Shown in pieces: positions 49,225 to 62,320 of a stretch of 64,000 nucleotides of DNA. The position numbers and the translations under genes are program-made. Where the stretch lies: contig NC_068983.1 of NCBI RefSeq assembly GCF_001194135.2, positions 112,897,427-112,961,426 of the forward strand. Direction: 5' to 3'. Numbering within the stretch: the stretch's first letter is position 1; every line of letters starts with the position of its first letter. The notes beneath the pieces were generated by a model, which was given only the letters and a program-made list of their open reading frames with translations, did no database searches and was not told where the DNA came from. Source of the DNA: Octopus bimaculoides. Its lineage: Eukaryota.

Positions 49225-49318
49225 CTACTACAACTACCACCACACTACCACCACCATCACCACCATCACCATCACCAACACCACCATCACCATCACTGCT
49301 ACTGCTGTTGCTGCTGCA
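49225..49318. repeat. Compound CTA/CAC/CAT/CTG triplet tract
   Basis: Direct reading. Confidence 0.9.
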
Positions 49319-49525
49319 AGTTAGGTAGCAGAATTATTAGCATGTCAGACAAGATGCTTAGTGGTGTTTCTTCCAGCTCCTTATGATCAGAGTTCAAATT
49401 CTGCCAAGATCTATTTTTGCCTTTCATCGTTAAAATAAGTTCTAGTTGATAACCTGGGTCATTGTCGTTGACTAACCCTCTCTCCCAAAATTCCAGGCCT
49501 TCTTGTACCTATAGTAGAAAAAGGT
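49315..49525 (+). mobile_element. SINE family C copy
   Basis: tagcagaattattagcatg..gagttcaaattctgcc..ttttgcctttcatc..gtacctatagtagaaaaagg. Confidence 0.7.
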
Positions 49526-49560
49526 TATTATTATTATTCTCATTATTATTATTATTATTA

Positions 49561-50908
49561 TTCAGTAGTTTTATTTTTATAACGTGCTTTCACTTCACTA
49601 CCGAGCGCAGCTCTGTGCGCCTTGGGTATGTGCTGTGGTTTGCTGTGGTGCTCTTATGTTTACTGTATTGAAAGTGTTTTGCGTAGAATGTGTGCAGTAC
49701 CCAGTAGTGCAATTTTCTGTATGTTATATATATTTGTAAGTCCTGGTGTTTTTGTTATGTATTTGTCTGAATATTTTTTTATTATACCTAAGGCACCTAC
49801 TATGATAGGAATTGTTTCTGTTTTTAGATTCCACATTCGAGTTATCTCTATTTCCAGGTCTTTGTATTTTGAAAGTTTTTCCATTTCTTTTAGAGAAACG
49901 TTGTCATCTGCTGGTATTGNNNNNNNNNNNNNNNNNNNNNNNNNNNNNNNNNNNNNNNNNNNNNNNNNNNNNNNNNNNNNNNNNNNNNNNNNNNNNNNNN
50001 NNNNNNNNNNNNNNNNNNNNNNNNNNNNNNNNNNNNNNNNNNNNNNNNNNNNNNNNNNNNNNNNNNNNNNNNNNNNNNNNNNNNNNNNNNNNNNNNNNNN
50101 NNNNNNNNNNNNNNNNNNNNNNNNNNNNNNNNNNNNNNNNNNNNNNNNNNNNNNNNNNNNNNNNNNNNNNNNNNNNNNNNNNNNNNNNNNNNNNNNNNNN
50201 NNNNNNNNNNNNNNNNNNNNNNNNNNNNNNNNNNNNNNNNNNNNNNNNNNNNNNNNNNNNNNNNNNNNNNNNNNNNNNNNNNNNNNNNNNNNNNNNNNNN
50301 NNNNNNNNNNNNNNNNNNNNNNNNNNNNNNNNNNNNNNNNNNNNNNNNNNNNNNNNNNNNNNNNNNNNNNNNNNNNNNNNNNNNNNNNNNNNNNNNNNNN
50401 NNNNNNNNNNNNNNNNNNNNNNNNNTTTCTTTTCATTATGTGTTTTTGGTAATTTCTGGTGGGGAGGCTTTGGTCTTGTGCAGCAATTAAAAATCCTTCA
50501 GTCTCTGCTTTGAGTCCTGAGCTTCTCAGCCATTGCTGGGATTTTTCTCTGTCTATTTCTTTCGCATTTAGTTTAGCCCAGTATTTACCATGTAGGGGCT
50601 TTTCTTGCCATCGTTTTATCATGGTCCGTTGCTGTTCTAGTTTTAGTTTGGATTTCATTTGTTTTATAGCTTTTGTTGTTTCTTCTGCTTCTTCTTCTTC
50701 GTATTTGTTAGGTAGATTGATTTCTTGTTTGTATTTGTCAGCTTCCTTAAATACTGAAAACAGTTTTTTGTTTTGCTCGTGTTTTGTGGCTATTTGTATT
50801 AGTTTCCTATTATTATTTTCATTATCATCTTTCAATTCTGTTTCCATCTTTTGCCAAGTGTCTTCCTGATACCTAAGGTAGAGAAACGCACTGTATACAA
50901 TGGTAGGC

Positions 50909-50909
<1 letters not shown>
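49561..50909 (-). mobile_element. Young 5'-truncated R4/Dong-like LINE (C-terminal ORF with RLE domain)
   Basis: ORF 49660-50847: WQEKPLHGKY, SSGLKAETEGFLIAAQDQSLPTRNY, KLSKYKDLEIEITRMW, IPIIVGALG, QKIALLGTAHILRK; (ATT)n at 49525-49560 and 50910-50945. Confidence 0.95.
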
Positions 50910-50945
<36 letters not shown>

Positions 50946-52219
50946 AGCATCAAGGATATAGACATCTGATTTAATGGTAGACATCTTCTTTTCAAACTGT
51001 GGAAATTTCTAAAATAATTGTAAAAATCAGTCTTAGGTAGTTTTCCTACAAAGCAACTAAGAATTTGGAATTACTTTTGTTAGGTTTTGATTTGTATGTT
51101 TAGAAATTTTTTTTTTTTTACAAATTCACATTGCATTTCTAATTTCCTTTAAGTTATAAAGAAGATTTTATATTCTATTTTGTGAACAGTTTTAAAATGA
51201 TAAAAATAATTCCTTGATATTCGTCATCAAAGCATCCATGAGTGAAACAATAGTTATGTATATTGCAATAGAAATGAAACAGAACACTATATTAATTTAC
51301 AATAATCATTTAAACGGAAATTCATATGAAACAATAGAGAACAACAATAATATATTTGCCATTGATTCTATCAATAATTTCTTCATTTCTTTTTGTATTC
51401 TTCATAATAGATTTAGCACTAACTTTTGTTTCATATTCTTTATATATTTCATTCATATATTTCAATTATTTATTTGTATATTCTTATTTCATCCTAATTC
51501 TTTTCCCATCTCAGTTCATTCTTATCCATCTTTCATTCCTTTTGATGAGAGATTATGCTAATAATATTTCCTTTATTTAAAATTTACTGCTGAAATATAA
51601 TTGTTTTCCCTTCAAGTTCATATTGCAGACTTTAAAGAGATTAATTCCATTATGATATAAGCTCTCAATATGCATTACATATACCCACTACCACCTTCAC
51701 CCCCCTCATCCATAGCATTACCATTGGTATTATTACATAGTAAAGTAATTTAATTTCTTCCAAATTTTATTAAAGTTTATTGCAAAATTTTATAGGATAA
51801 CTTCAAATACAGAAAATTCTAAACAATAAAATATTCCTGAAACAAATGAATTTCTGAAATTATATACAAGTATTTACAAACAAAGCTAACGCTCCAGCAT
51901 AGCCTTGCTCATAATAGCTAAAACAAACTAAAGAATTAAAAGAACAAGTTATAGTTGGTGATATGTGTGTAATCATTGCTTGAGATAGATAACAACAACC
52001 ATACAGAGGCATGAGATTCCATTTGTTTAGGAGTTGAGAATATTTCGTTCAAAAACAGGAAGGAAAATAAAATCTAAGAACAATACTTCAAAACCTTCAA
52101 CTTTTCTATCTAGATTATATCAATATACCTGTACTGCTAATCATTGGTGTACATGATTGCATTTCTGAGTGTGTAGGAATCAATCTTGAGAAAAAATGCA
52201 TCAAACAAAGATTACATAT

Positions 52220-52400
52220 GACATCATCATCGTCATCATTTAACGTCTGTTGTCCATGCTGGCATGGGTTGGATAAATTGACTGGGCTGGCAGGCTGAAA
52301 GGCTGCACCAGACTCTAGTCTGATTTGGCATGGATCTTTTCTCAAGCATGACATAATGTCAAAGGTCTTGGTCATTGCCTCCGTGAGGCCCAACACTCAA
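52220..52400 (-). mobile_element. RTE 3' end, related subfamily
   Basis: (cat)n-ttaacgtctgttgtccatgctggcatgggttgga. Confidence 0.75.
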
Positions 52401-53919
52401 AAGGTACTCAGCAACATTCTAAAAATTCATTCTATAATTGGAACGTAAATATATGCAAGACATTTTTAGAAAATCAACATGCAATCTGATACAGTTGTTG
52501 ATATTATTGTTCAATTTAATTTCTTATTATAATGCTGGGACTTTTAGTTAAGAACTGGCGCTTTATTTTGCACTTGATTTCAAATAATTAAAATAGAAAC
52601 AGAACAAATAATCTACAGAAGAATTAGCTTATGAGGCCGAGTACCACATAACTTCAAACCTTACTACAAGCTTTTTTTGCTCCTGTTTCTTCAAATAAAC
52701 TCAGGAAAATGGAAAAATTAATGGTTAGCATTAAGAAAATCATCTGTCTCTAACTTTAATAGCTTCTGCACATAAAATACCCTTCCTAAAAGAGGCATGG
52801 GAAAATGAATGGTAACACTGAAGTCTGAATAAATTCATTAGATAACAGTCCCTTATCATGAGATAAAAAGTCCTTAGTGAAATTTCTTGTAAAACAAATT
52901 AAATTTTTGATTGAAATATTTTACATATTATTTGATTCCCACAGAAGTCATTTAATATAGGAAGACAACTCGCTTTGTGTCCTTTCCAATCTTTTTTTAA
53001 AATCTTTAAGTGAAAGACAGTTGAGGATAGTGTTCATTTATTTAAGTTCCTGCTTTTATTTCATGTGTGTGCACAATTATCAACTAATAACTTGGCTTCA
53101 TTGCAATCTTTAACAAATATTTTAAAATCTTGTGAACTTTTACAGCAAATGTCAAAGCAAGATAATACTTCAAACTTTTTTAGGTGCAAAGATGCCTGAG
53201 ATTTTAATACCAATGAGATTTATTATCATTGTGAATAAAGAGGAAAATCAATTGTTTTAATATGAAAAGCAATGTAGATTTGAAAAGATAGCATTTGTTT
53301 GTTCCCTTGTTTGCTTCATAACATTGCTATTATTATTTAAAATAGAAAACAGAGGAGCAGAATTTTCACATACAGTTCATAATTTGCTTGTCCTCAAAAG
53401 CGGTTTTAATAGAAATATATATCATTATTTATAAAATTATATAAAATATGTAATTAATTCATTTAAAAGTAGTGTCTTAGCCATATATTTGGGATAAAAG
53501 AATGGAAAATGGTTATCAGAAAGCCATTACTGGTTTGTTTCTCCAGGATTTACTGCTTCATAAGGTATCAGAGTTTAACAGTATGTTATTAATTATCTCT
53601 TAATTACCATGGATTTTTTTAATGTTTATATGTCAGTTTGATACATAGATGTCATTGCTATGCTCAATACTGAGAGACTTTCTTAAGAAGTTTAACTTTA
53701 ATAAAGAGTACCACTTAAAGTAAATAACTTCAATGTACACTATATATGTTTATTGTAAAAGTTAACAATTGTAATTTAAAAAGTTTCTTTCTTCTAAAAA
53801 TATGGAAATCTGGTCATCACACCCTAGAATAGGGTGGTGAAAATTGTATAATATTTTATATATTTGCAAAATACATTCTGCTTGCTTTTGTCTTTAATAT
53901 CACAAATGATCATTAGTAA

Positions 53920-54310
53920 CCAGGCAAATGCTTAGCGGCATTTTGTCCATCTTTACATTCTGAGTTCAAAGTCTTCTGGAGTCAGCTTTGCCTTTCATCC
54001 TTTCACTGTCAATAAAATAAGTACCAGTTGAACAGTGGAGTTGATGTAACCGACTTATGGCCTCCCCTGAAGCTGCTGGCCTTGTGCCAAATTTAAAATT
54101 AGTATTACAAATGACCAGTAGCAACCAGGAAAAAATGTTTAGTGTCATTTTGTCCATCGTTACCTCCAGAATTCAAATTACACCAAGATCAGCTTTGCTT
54201 TTCATCCTTTCAGGTTCAATAAAATAAATACCAGATGAGTACTGGGGTTGAAGTAATTGACTTAGCCTCTCCCTAATCTTGTTGCCCTTATTCTAAAATC
54301 TGAAACCCTT
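53920..54310 (+). mobile_element. Two tandem SINE family C copies
   Basis: cattttgtccatc..ttcaaa..cagctttgc.tttcatcctttca..caataaaataa.taccag repeated at ~53940 and ~54150. Confidence 0.75.
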
Positions 54311-54505
54311 ATAAGAAATTATCAATTTATTTGTTTTATATGTTTACATATATTAATATGATTATTTTATTGTATCTCACTGCTACATTACATTAACTAC
54401 AAATGTATATAAGCAAACTACTGTAGTACAGTACAGCTGCACTTTCCTCAAAATATAAAAGTACTTACTCTTCCATTGTCATTCTTACTGGAGGATCATT
54501 ACAGG

Positions 54506-54543
<38 letters not shown>

Positions 54544-54690
54544 AATATATATATATATTGAATAATGAAAATGAGTGCTCAAGACCACATCAGTGGATAG
54601 ATTTTCTTTATATTCATATTAAGACTACCATTGGTTTCATGTTAAGATATTAAGATATTTTTCTTATCATGAAGGGAATGGTAGCCTTAA

Positions 54691-54732
<42 letters not shown>

Positions 54733-55004
54733 ATGTAAGTAATTATTTGGACTTTGGGTATAGGGTTAGTAGTATACCTATTAAAGCACTTTCACTGTTT
54801 AGGCTATCTGATGTCTTCCATAGTTTTGATATGTGTCACTGGATCTTCCTCAGGAATTCCACAGTGTCCATTGACTTTCATAATGAATGAATTAAATGGA
54901 AAATGGAATTCATGAGAATCTTTATTCATCACAATGCATGTTTGGAGTTATTTGTTTGTGTTTTTTCTCTGCTTGAAGACTGATATTCATATGTTTAAAT
55001 TTCC

Positions 55005-55155
55005 ATAATGTAACAGTTAAGTAAAGGAAAAAGTTCGACCGAATAAGGAACAGACTTAGAAATATAAGTACTGAGGTAAATTAGATCAACTAAAAACCTT
55101 GAAGGTTGTACTCCACCATGGCCACAGTCTAGAGAATAAAACAAGTAAGAATGAA
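55005..55155 (+). mobile_element. SINE family B 3' tail, old
   Basis: ataagtactgagg..gtactccaccatggccacagtc..aaacaagtaaga. Confidence 0.6.
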
Positions 55156-55924
55156 ATAAAATAAAAATTACAAATGATTTCATTACTACAGCAGTTGACT
55201 AGCCTTTAGATCATTCTCTCAAAATTTCACTCATCTTACTGCTTATACCAACCCTGACATGGCACTGTATTAATTTTTAAAATTGACTGGAATCAATAGT
55301 TACAGTACCATTTAACTGCAGACTGTAACAATGTTTGGACATTGCTACAAGTTATACATAAAAAGAATTATAGCTGAAGAATAAATTGTTGTGAATGTCA
55401 ATAACAAAATAAAAGGGAAAAGCATGCAATTTAGTTTTCCTATATTAACATTATATAGCCTAAAGCTTGAAATCAAGTTGGATTTATTATAAATGTAATC
55501 AGATTGGTTCAAACAAAAAAAACTACTTAATTCTTTACAAGGAACATACTAGAGTCCAAATGCCTGGTTGTCTTGGGTATCAAAATCAGGCATTTTTTTT
55601 AACATACATCAAAAGTAGGGAATAACAAGAATTTTCAAGGCATCAATTGCTAGAGGCTAGCTTGTCAGGAACCTTAAATCATCAAAATTAAAATTTTATT
55701 TAAAGTAGTTTGTTTCTATTTATATCACCACCACTGCTTTTTAATGTCTAGTTTTTCATCCTTGCCTGATTTAGACAGAATTTCTTGTGGCAGATTTTCT
55801 ATGCTTGGATACTTATTCTGTTGCCAACCCCTACCTGTCTTCAAGCATGGTAACATGTTACTATGAAAGACAGGAGACTAACATCATCTATACTATAAAT
55901 TGCAGTGTTCTTCATTGCTTGATT

Positions 55925-56361
55925 GATTGAGTGTCGGCAGATTCACTCGAGAACGGTGCAGTGGAATCGCGTGAAATTCAGCACAGCGTGGCAGCATGGT
56001 CCGCTCATGTTCAGGAGATTTTTATTGCTCTCCAGCTCCCATGGTTACCGAGATAATCGATTATTACTTTTTAAGATAGGAATATCCCATTCAAAGTGGG
56101 GAGGGGCGATTTTGTTGCCTTTCCCATGCGCAAAATTTTACGAAAAACCAGCACAATAAAGATTATTTTTTTCCAAGTAATGTGGCTGGGTTTGTTTTTT
56201 GAAAATTTTAATCAGAGGCACAGAAAAAAAATAATTTCAATTTTTTGTGCATTAAAAAGAAAAGGCTATAGCTTACACTCTTTCTAATTACTATGTTTTT
56301 TTTAACTTCAGTTACAAATGTCTTCAAACGTCGACATTCAAACAGCTTTTCCATATTGAGG
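55925..56361. mobile_element. Unclassified CpG-rich (young) repeat, probably a DNA transposon end
   Basis: Sharp rise in CpG content against the background; runs into a gap; no diagnostic ORF. Confidence 0.3.
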
Positions 56362-56904
56362 NNNNNNNNNNNNNNNNNNNNNNNNNNNNNNNNNNNNNNN
56401 NNNNNNNNNNNNNNNNNNNNNNNNNNNNNNNNNNNNNNNNNNNNNNNNNNNNNNNNNNNNNNNNNNNNNNNNNNNNNNNNNNNNNNNNNNNNNNNNNNNN
56501 NNNNNNNNNNNNNNNNNNNNNNNNNNNNNNNNNNNNNNNNNNNNNNNNNNNNNNNNNNNNNNNNNNNNNNNNNNNNNNNNNNNNNNNNNNNNNNNNNNNN
56601 NNNNNNNNNNNNNNNNNNNNNNNNNNNNNNNNNNNNNNNNNNNNNNNNNNNNNNNNNNNNNNNNNNNNNNNNNNNNNNNNNNNNNNNNNNNNNNNNNNNN
56701 NNNNNNNNNNNNNNNNNNNNNNNNNNNNNNNNNNNNNNNNNNNNNNNNNNNNNNNNNNNNNNNNNNNNNNNNNNNNNNNNNNNNNNNNNNNNNNNNNNNN
56801 NNNNNNNNNNNNNNNNNNNNNNNNNNNNNNNNNNNNNNNNNNNNNNNNNNNNNNNNNNNNNNNNNNNNNNNNNNNNNNNNNNNNNNNNNNNNNNNNNNNN
56901 NNNN

Positions 56905-56961
<57 letters not shown>

Positions 56962-56964
56962 TAC

Positions 56965-57115
56965 ACACATGATGGGCATCTTTCAGATTCCATCTATCAA
57001 ATCTACTCACAAGGCCCAAAACTATAGTGAAAGACACTTGCCTGAGGTTCCACACAGAGGAACTGAACCCAAACCACATGGGAAGTAAGCTTCTTAACCA
57101 CACAGTCACTCCTAC
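56965..57115 (-). mobile_element. SINE family B head half
   Basis: ctttcagattccatctatcaaatctactcacaagg..cttcttaaccacacagtcactcc. Confidence 0.75.
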
Positions 57116-57639
57116 AACTTTCCAATATGTATATTGTAAACTTCAACATCATAGTATCAACATTTTCTGTTATTACATAATCAATGTTTTGAGATATATA
57201 TTGCATGTTTGTAAAATTTGTCTAAATGTTGTTGCATTTTAAAAATTTTCCTAGAAATTTCAATGCATTCCATTATCCAGATATGAGACCTTTGTATGCT
57301 TAATTTCTCTTTCTACAACAGAAGCTCTTATAGTTATTTGTCAATTGTATCATGATAAGTTCTATTTATAATTGCTAAACTATAGGGAATATTTGAATAG
57401 ACTCGCTAAAACATAAAGAATGTCTAACTACATATCACCTGAACTTTTTACTATCCAATGAGAAATCTTCTCAATGGTTGTTCATATATCTGCTTAATTG
57501 TGGCTGATTTTGGGCTAAGTAACAACTACAATTTCTCGACAAACCTGTCACTTAAATCTCTTTTCAGATAATTTTGGATAGTCACCGAATCTGCTCAAGG
57601 TAACAACTAAGGTTCACCCACATTCTTTTTCTTTCTTTT

Positions 57640-58045
57640 ATTCTTTTACTTGTTTCAGTCATTTGACTGTGGCCATGCTGGAGCACCGCCTTTAGTCGAA
57701 TCAAATCGACCCCAAGACTTATTCTTTGTAAGCTTAGTACTTATTCTATCGGTCTCTTTTTGCCGAACCGCTAAGTTACGGGGACCTAAACACACCAGCA
57801 TCGGTTGTCAAGCGATGTTGGGGGGACAAACACAGATACACAACATATACACACATACATATATATATATATACATATATACGACGGGTTTCTTTCAGTT
57901 TCCGTCTACCAAATCCACTCACAAGGATTTGGTTGGCCCGAGGCTATAGTAGAAGACACTTGCCCAAGTTGCCACGCAGTGGGACTGAACCTGGAACCAT
58001 GTAGTTGGTAAGCAAGCTACTTACCACACAGCCACTCCTGTGCCT
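57640..58045 (-). mobile_element. Full-length young tRNA-derived SINE family B
   Basis: Head aggcacaggagtggctgtgtggtaagtagcttgcttacc..ggttcagtccc (A/B boxes), internal CA/TA microsatellite, tail cagtcaaatgactgaaacaag. Confidence 0.93.
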
Positions 58046-59002
58046 AAATATTCTAAATATTCTCTTTGAAATTCTAGATTGAATGGTCAATGAGCTCAAG
58101 TGGAATGGTTATGACTACTATTGAAGACACCAGATATATTTGTATGTTCATACTCTAAAATCTTCCAATTATTTCTGTCAGTTGTGACAAAGAAATACAT
58201 AGAAATACTTAGTACTAACAACCAGTTTCTAGGTGTGAAGCAAATGACAGATAAATTTATTTTCAAGTTGGCCACCATTCTATTTAAGGTAAATATAGTT
58301 AAATTTCCTAGAGGACTGGAAGCAGTTTCTAACAGTTAAGTAAACTGAAATGCATTTAATTAAATATATTACTGAAATACATTAATTACATGTGTGTATT
58401 GGATTTGTACTACTGGCCTTTGAGCTGGTAGCTCAATACTACATGCATTCAGCCATGTAACTTATAGAAAGAAGTTACACAAAGCAACAATATCTCACTA
58501 ATACATCAAGGACACTGCTTCACAAACACCTGTGAAAAGTAACACAAGCTATCTAATGAAACTGAGAGAGAGAAATGTCAATGGTTTTCTCAAAGACAGA
58601 CATAAACAGTAATTGAGACATTTCAATCATGTTGGACTCAATACTTTAACAAATGTAATGCTAGAAAATACTAACCGACCACCTTTAAAACAGAAAATCA
58701 CCATTATCTTCATGTTAATAAAAAGATACCTTGCATTAATGTCATGTGAGTGTTTTAATATATTAGCTACTGTTCTCACACTTCTCTTTTTGTATTTTGT
58801 GATGTTTAAATGGCAAGGTAAAGATGGGTAAAAGGAAAAAGTGAAACACAGAAAATTTGTTTTCTAAGGCAACGTAAAAAAAGAATCACTATTGACAAGA
58901 TATTAATATATTTTATTTTGTTTGTTTTTGTTTTTGTGCTATTCTCTTTTATTTTACTTCCATTTTATTTCATTCCATATTGTCATTTACTTTTTGCATT
59001 AT

Positions 59003-59118
59003 ATGCATATACTTCTTTCATTATATACATATGCTTCTTTTATTATATACATATGCTTCTTTCATTATATACATATACTTCTTTCATTATAAATATATGC
59101 TTTGTTCATTATATACAT
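59003..59118. repeat. 22-bp tandem repeat, ~5 copies
   Basis: Unit cttctttcattatatacatatg. Confidence 0.88.
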
Positions 59119-59378
59119 GAACTTATCAGATGTAGGAGTTATACTACTGTGTTTCTCTACTGAGAAAATAACGTCTGGCATGTGTGACAGTTTTAGAATC
59201 ATACCACTACTACAGCTGTCATACTTCAACAAGTGTCACACTGAGATCACAAAAACTAAGCACTGTCATTACAATGACATCAACATAGCACAAATGAGGC
59301 AATAGTCTCTCTGATCTTTTTAACATTCTATTTAGAGTCCTTTATTTACAGGAGCAGGAATGGCTTAGAAACAGACAT

Positions 59379-59542
59379 AGGCGCAGGAGTGGCTGTGTGG
59401 TAAGTAGCTTGCTTACCAACCACATGGTTCCGGGTTCATTCCCACTGTGTGGCACCTTGGGCAACTGTCTTCTACTATAGCCTTGGGCCAACCAAAGCCT
59501 TGTGAGTGGATTTGGTAGACGGAAACTGAAAGAAGCTCGTCG

Positions 59543-59608
<66 letters not shown>

Positions 59609-59815
59609 TGTGTGTCTGTGTTTATCCCCCCAACATCGCTTGACAACCGATGCTGGTGTGTTTACATCCCCGTAACTTAGCGGTTCGGAAAAGGAGACAG
59701 ATGGAGTAAGTACTAGGCATCCAAAGAATAAGTCCTGGGGTCGATTTGCTCGACTAGGAGAAGTGCTCCAGCATGGCCACAGTCAAATGACTGAAACAAG
59801 TGAAAGAGTAAGAGA
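59379..59815 (+). mobile_element. Full-length young SINE family B
   Basis: aggcgcaggagtggctgtgtggtaag..; reverse complement of 57640-58045. Confidence 0.93.
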
Positions 59816-59816
59816 G

Positions 59817-59960
59817 AGTATGGTTGTGTAGTGAAACAGTATACTTCTGAACCATCTAATTTTGGGTTCAGTCCACTGTGTGGCAACTTGGGAAACTGTC
59901 TTCTATTATAGCCTCAGGCTGACTAAAGCTTGTGAATGGATTTGCTAGATAGAACTGAAA
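59817..59960 (+). mobile_element. Older SINE family B head directly downstream
   Basis: tggttgtgtagtga..gggttcagtccactgtgtggcaacttggg..tcttctattatagcc. Confidence 0.7.
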
Positions 59961-60530
59961 GAATGTGTGTCCTTGTCTTGACATCTCATAAACATGCATC
60001 ATTCATTTTTAATCTTCCAGGAAAAACATATCTGACCATGGGGAAAATATTACCTAATTATCTAGGAATGTTAACCGAGAAAGTAGACTTTGTGTGGCAA
60101 ATGAACCACAACTATAAAAACTGAGAACACACAGGAGATACAATTTTTCCAATGCCCAAGGGGATGGTTAAGGATAGTAAAAAGCTCCCAAAACAGCTCA
60201 GCTAGGTAAAAGAAAACTCAAAAGAAGATGCTCTGAAAGTGTAATTGTTAGAATTAGAACTATCTGGGTCCAGAAAAATATAGGATCAAGTGGTGAAAAA
60301 TGATCTCAAGAGAAGACAAAGGACTGAGACAATTGTTGATTTGCTCTGCTTCAGAAGACCTGTCCCTCTAAATAAAATTGTGGTCATAAAGGCATATCCT
60401 CTATGTCCATGCCATCCCACCCTGCAGATGTCATGTCCCTGACAAATCTCTTCCCCACCTCCTATCTTCTCAGCATCTCCTCCTTTCCTCCTCCTATGCT
60501 CACTTATAGATTGGTTTGACGAAGAATATA

Positions 60531-61789
60531 TTGGGTTGGCAAGAAAGTAATTTAGTTTTTCACAAATAGAGTTACGATTTTTTTAAATGACTTTTGCTAA
60601 TGTCATGATTGTTTTCCTTTTGACATTTGATAGCCGTTACTTTTAGCTTACTTTAGAAACAAATTGCTCATAATTTTGTTTATAACTGTTAGTTCAGTGT
60701 CAATTTTAACATGGAGTGCAAAAACGAACATTTTCGCCATATTTTGCAATTTTATTTCCGTAATGGCAAGAAAGCTGCTGAGGCTCACAAAGAAATATGT
60801 GAAGTTTATGGTATTGATTGTTTAACAGAAGGCACATGTCAGAAATGGTTTTAAAAGGTGACTAACATTCTAGTCGGCCTACTGAAGTTGATAATGAATG
60901 AACCAAAGCCGTAATTGAATCTGATTGCCATATAAATGTGCAAGAGATTGCAGAGAGGTTAACTGTATCCCACACAACAATTAAAAATCACTTAAAATGT
61001 CTTGGACTCATTAAGAAGCTCGATGTTTGGGTTCCACATAAATTGAAAGCGATTCACCTATCACAACAAATCAATATTGCGATATGCATCTCAAACACAA
61101 TGAAATCAACCTTTTATTTTTTTAAACGAATCATTACTAGTTAGAAAAAATGAGTTGTCTACAATAACATCAATTGCAAATGATCATGGTCCAAACATAA
61201 TCAACCAACAGAAACCACACCGAAAGCTAAATTGCATCAAAAAAGGCCATGCTGTCAATTTGGTGGGATTACAAAGGTGTTGTGTATTTTGAGCTGCTTC
61301 CAAGGAACCAAACGATCAATTCAGATGTTTACTGTTAACAACTAATGAAACTGAAGGAAGGAACCAAAGAAAAACGGCCAGAATTGGCAAATCGTAGAGG
61401 AATCGTGTTCCACCATGACAATGCTAAGCCACACACATCTTTCTTAACTCATGAAAAATTACTTGAGCTTGGTAGAGAAGTGATGTCACATCCACTATAT
61501 AGCCCTGACCTTGTACCATCAGGTAACAATTTATTTCGATGTTTGCAACATTCTTTGAATGGTAAAACTTTCAATAATGATGATGACCTGAAATTGCACT
61601 TTCTTTAGGTTTTGGCTGATAAGGACCAGGAGTTCCATGAGTGCAAAATCATGAAGTTGCCAGAAAGATGGCAAAAGGTCATCAGACAAAATGGAAAATA
61701 TATAATTGATTTAAAGTTCATTCTTTGCATGAACAAAAATGACTTTTATTTCGCACTGAAAAATCGAAATTACTTTCTTACCAACCCAA
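60531..61789 (+). mobile_element. Full-length (1259 bp) inactive mariner element
   Basis: 23-bp TIRs ttgggttggcaagaaagtaattt / aaattactttcttaccaacccaa (1 mismatch), TA flanks; MECKNEHFRHILQFYF from 60711, WVPHKL, FHHDNAKPH, YSPDLVPSG (third catalytic D lost); stops and frameshifts. Confidence 0.96.
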
Positions 61790-62054
61790 TAGTAACATGC
61801 ACAAAGTTACATCACTTGGATAATCAGTTAACCCTAATCAATCTACAATTTCTTTAACCCTAAACTGTGTTTAAGCATATTAGCTTGCTTCTGTTTTATG
61901 ATTATCTCTGTAAAATTTCATTAATCTCAGTCTGCCTATGTTTTCGTTCCCCTTACTTAGTTTGGTGCCTTTGGTGATAAGAAACAGTTATAATAGTGTG
62001 AGTGATGATATATTTGTTTGTGCTTTTAGGTAGCTGTTAGATCTTGCACAAACA

Positions 62055-62320
62055 GATGATGATGATGACGACGACGATGTTGATAATGATGACAACGACA
62101 ATGTTGTTGTTGTTGTTGGGGGTTGTGGTGCTTGTGGTGGTGGTGGTGGTGGTGGTGATGATGACGGTGATGATGTCTATCATGTAGGTAAAGAAATTGG
62201 TAAGAAGGATGACAAATGATGTTGAAGAAAGATGAAGATGACAATGATGGTAAACATAATGATTACAATAATGATGCTGCTGCTGCTGATGATGATGATG
62301 GTGATGATGTTGATGTTACT
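62055..62320. repeat. Compound GAT/GAC/GTT/GGT/GCT triplet region
   Basis: Direct reading. Confidence 0.9.

Noticed and set aside
3823-57109. Long ORFs in the track that span N runs (e.g. 3823-4722, 6482-7393, 33178-33885, 44465-45080, 45837-46583, 56208-57109)
   Set aside because: Length comes from unresolved Ns and microsatellites; only the RTE and Dong frames have real protein motifs.
59003-59118. Possible CRISPR-like array
   Set aside because: Contiguous 22-bp tandem units without unique spacers, in a eukaryotic context.
6214-62244. Poly-His, poly-Leu, poly-Ile/Asn, CV and YI repeat ORFs
   Set aside because: Translations of triplet and dinucleotide microsatellites.
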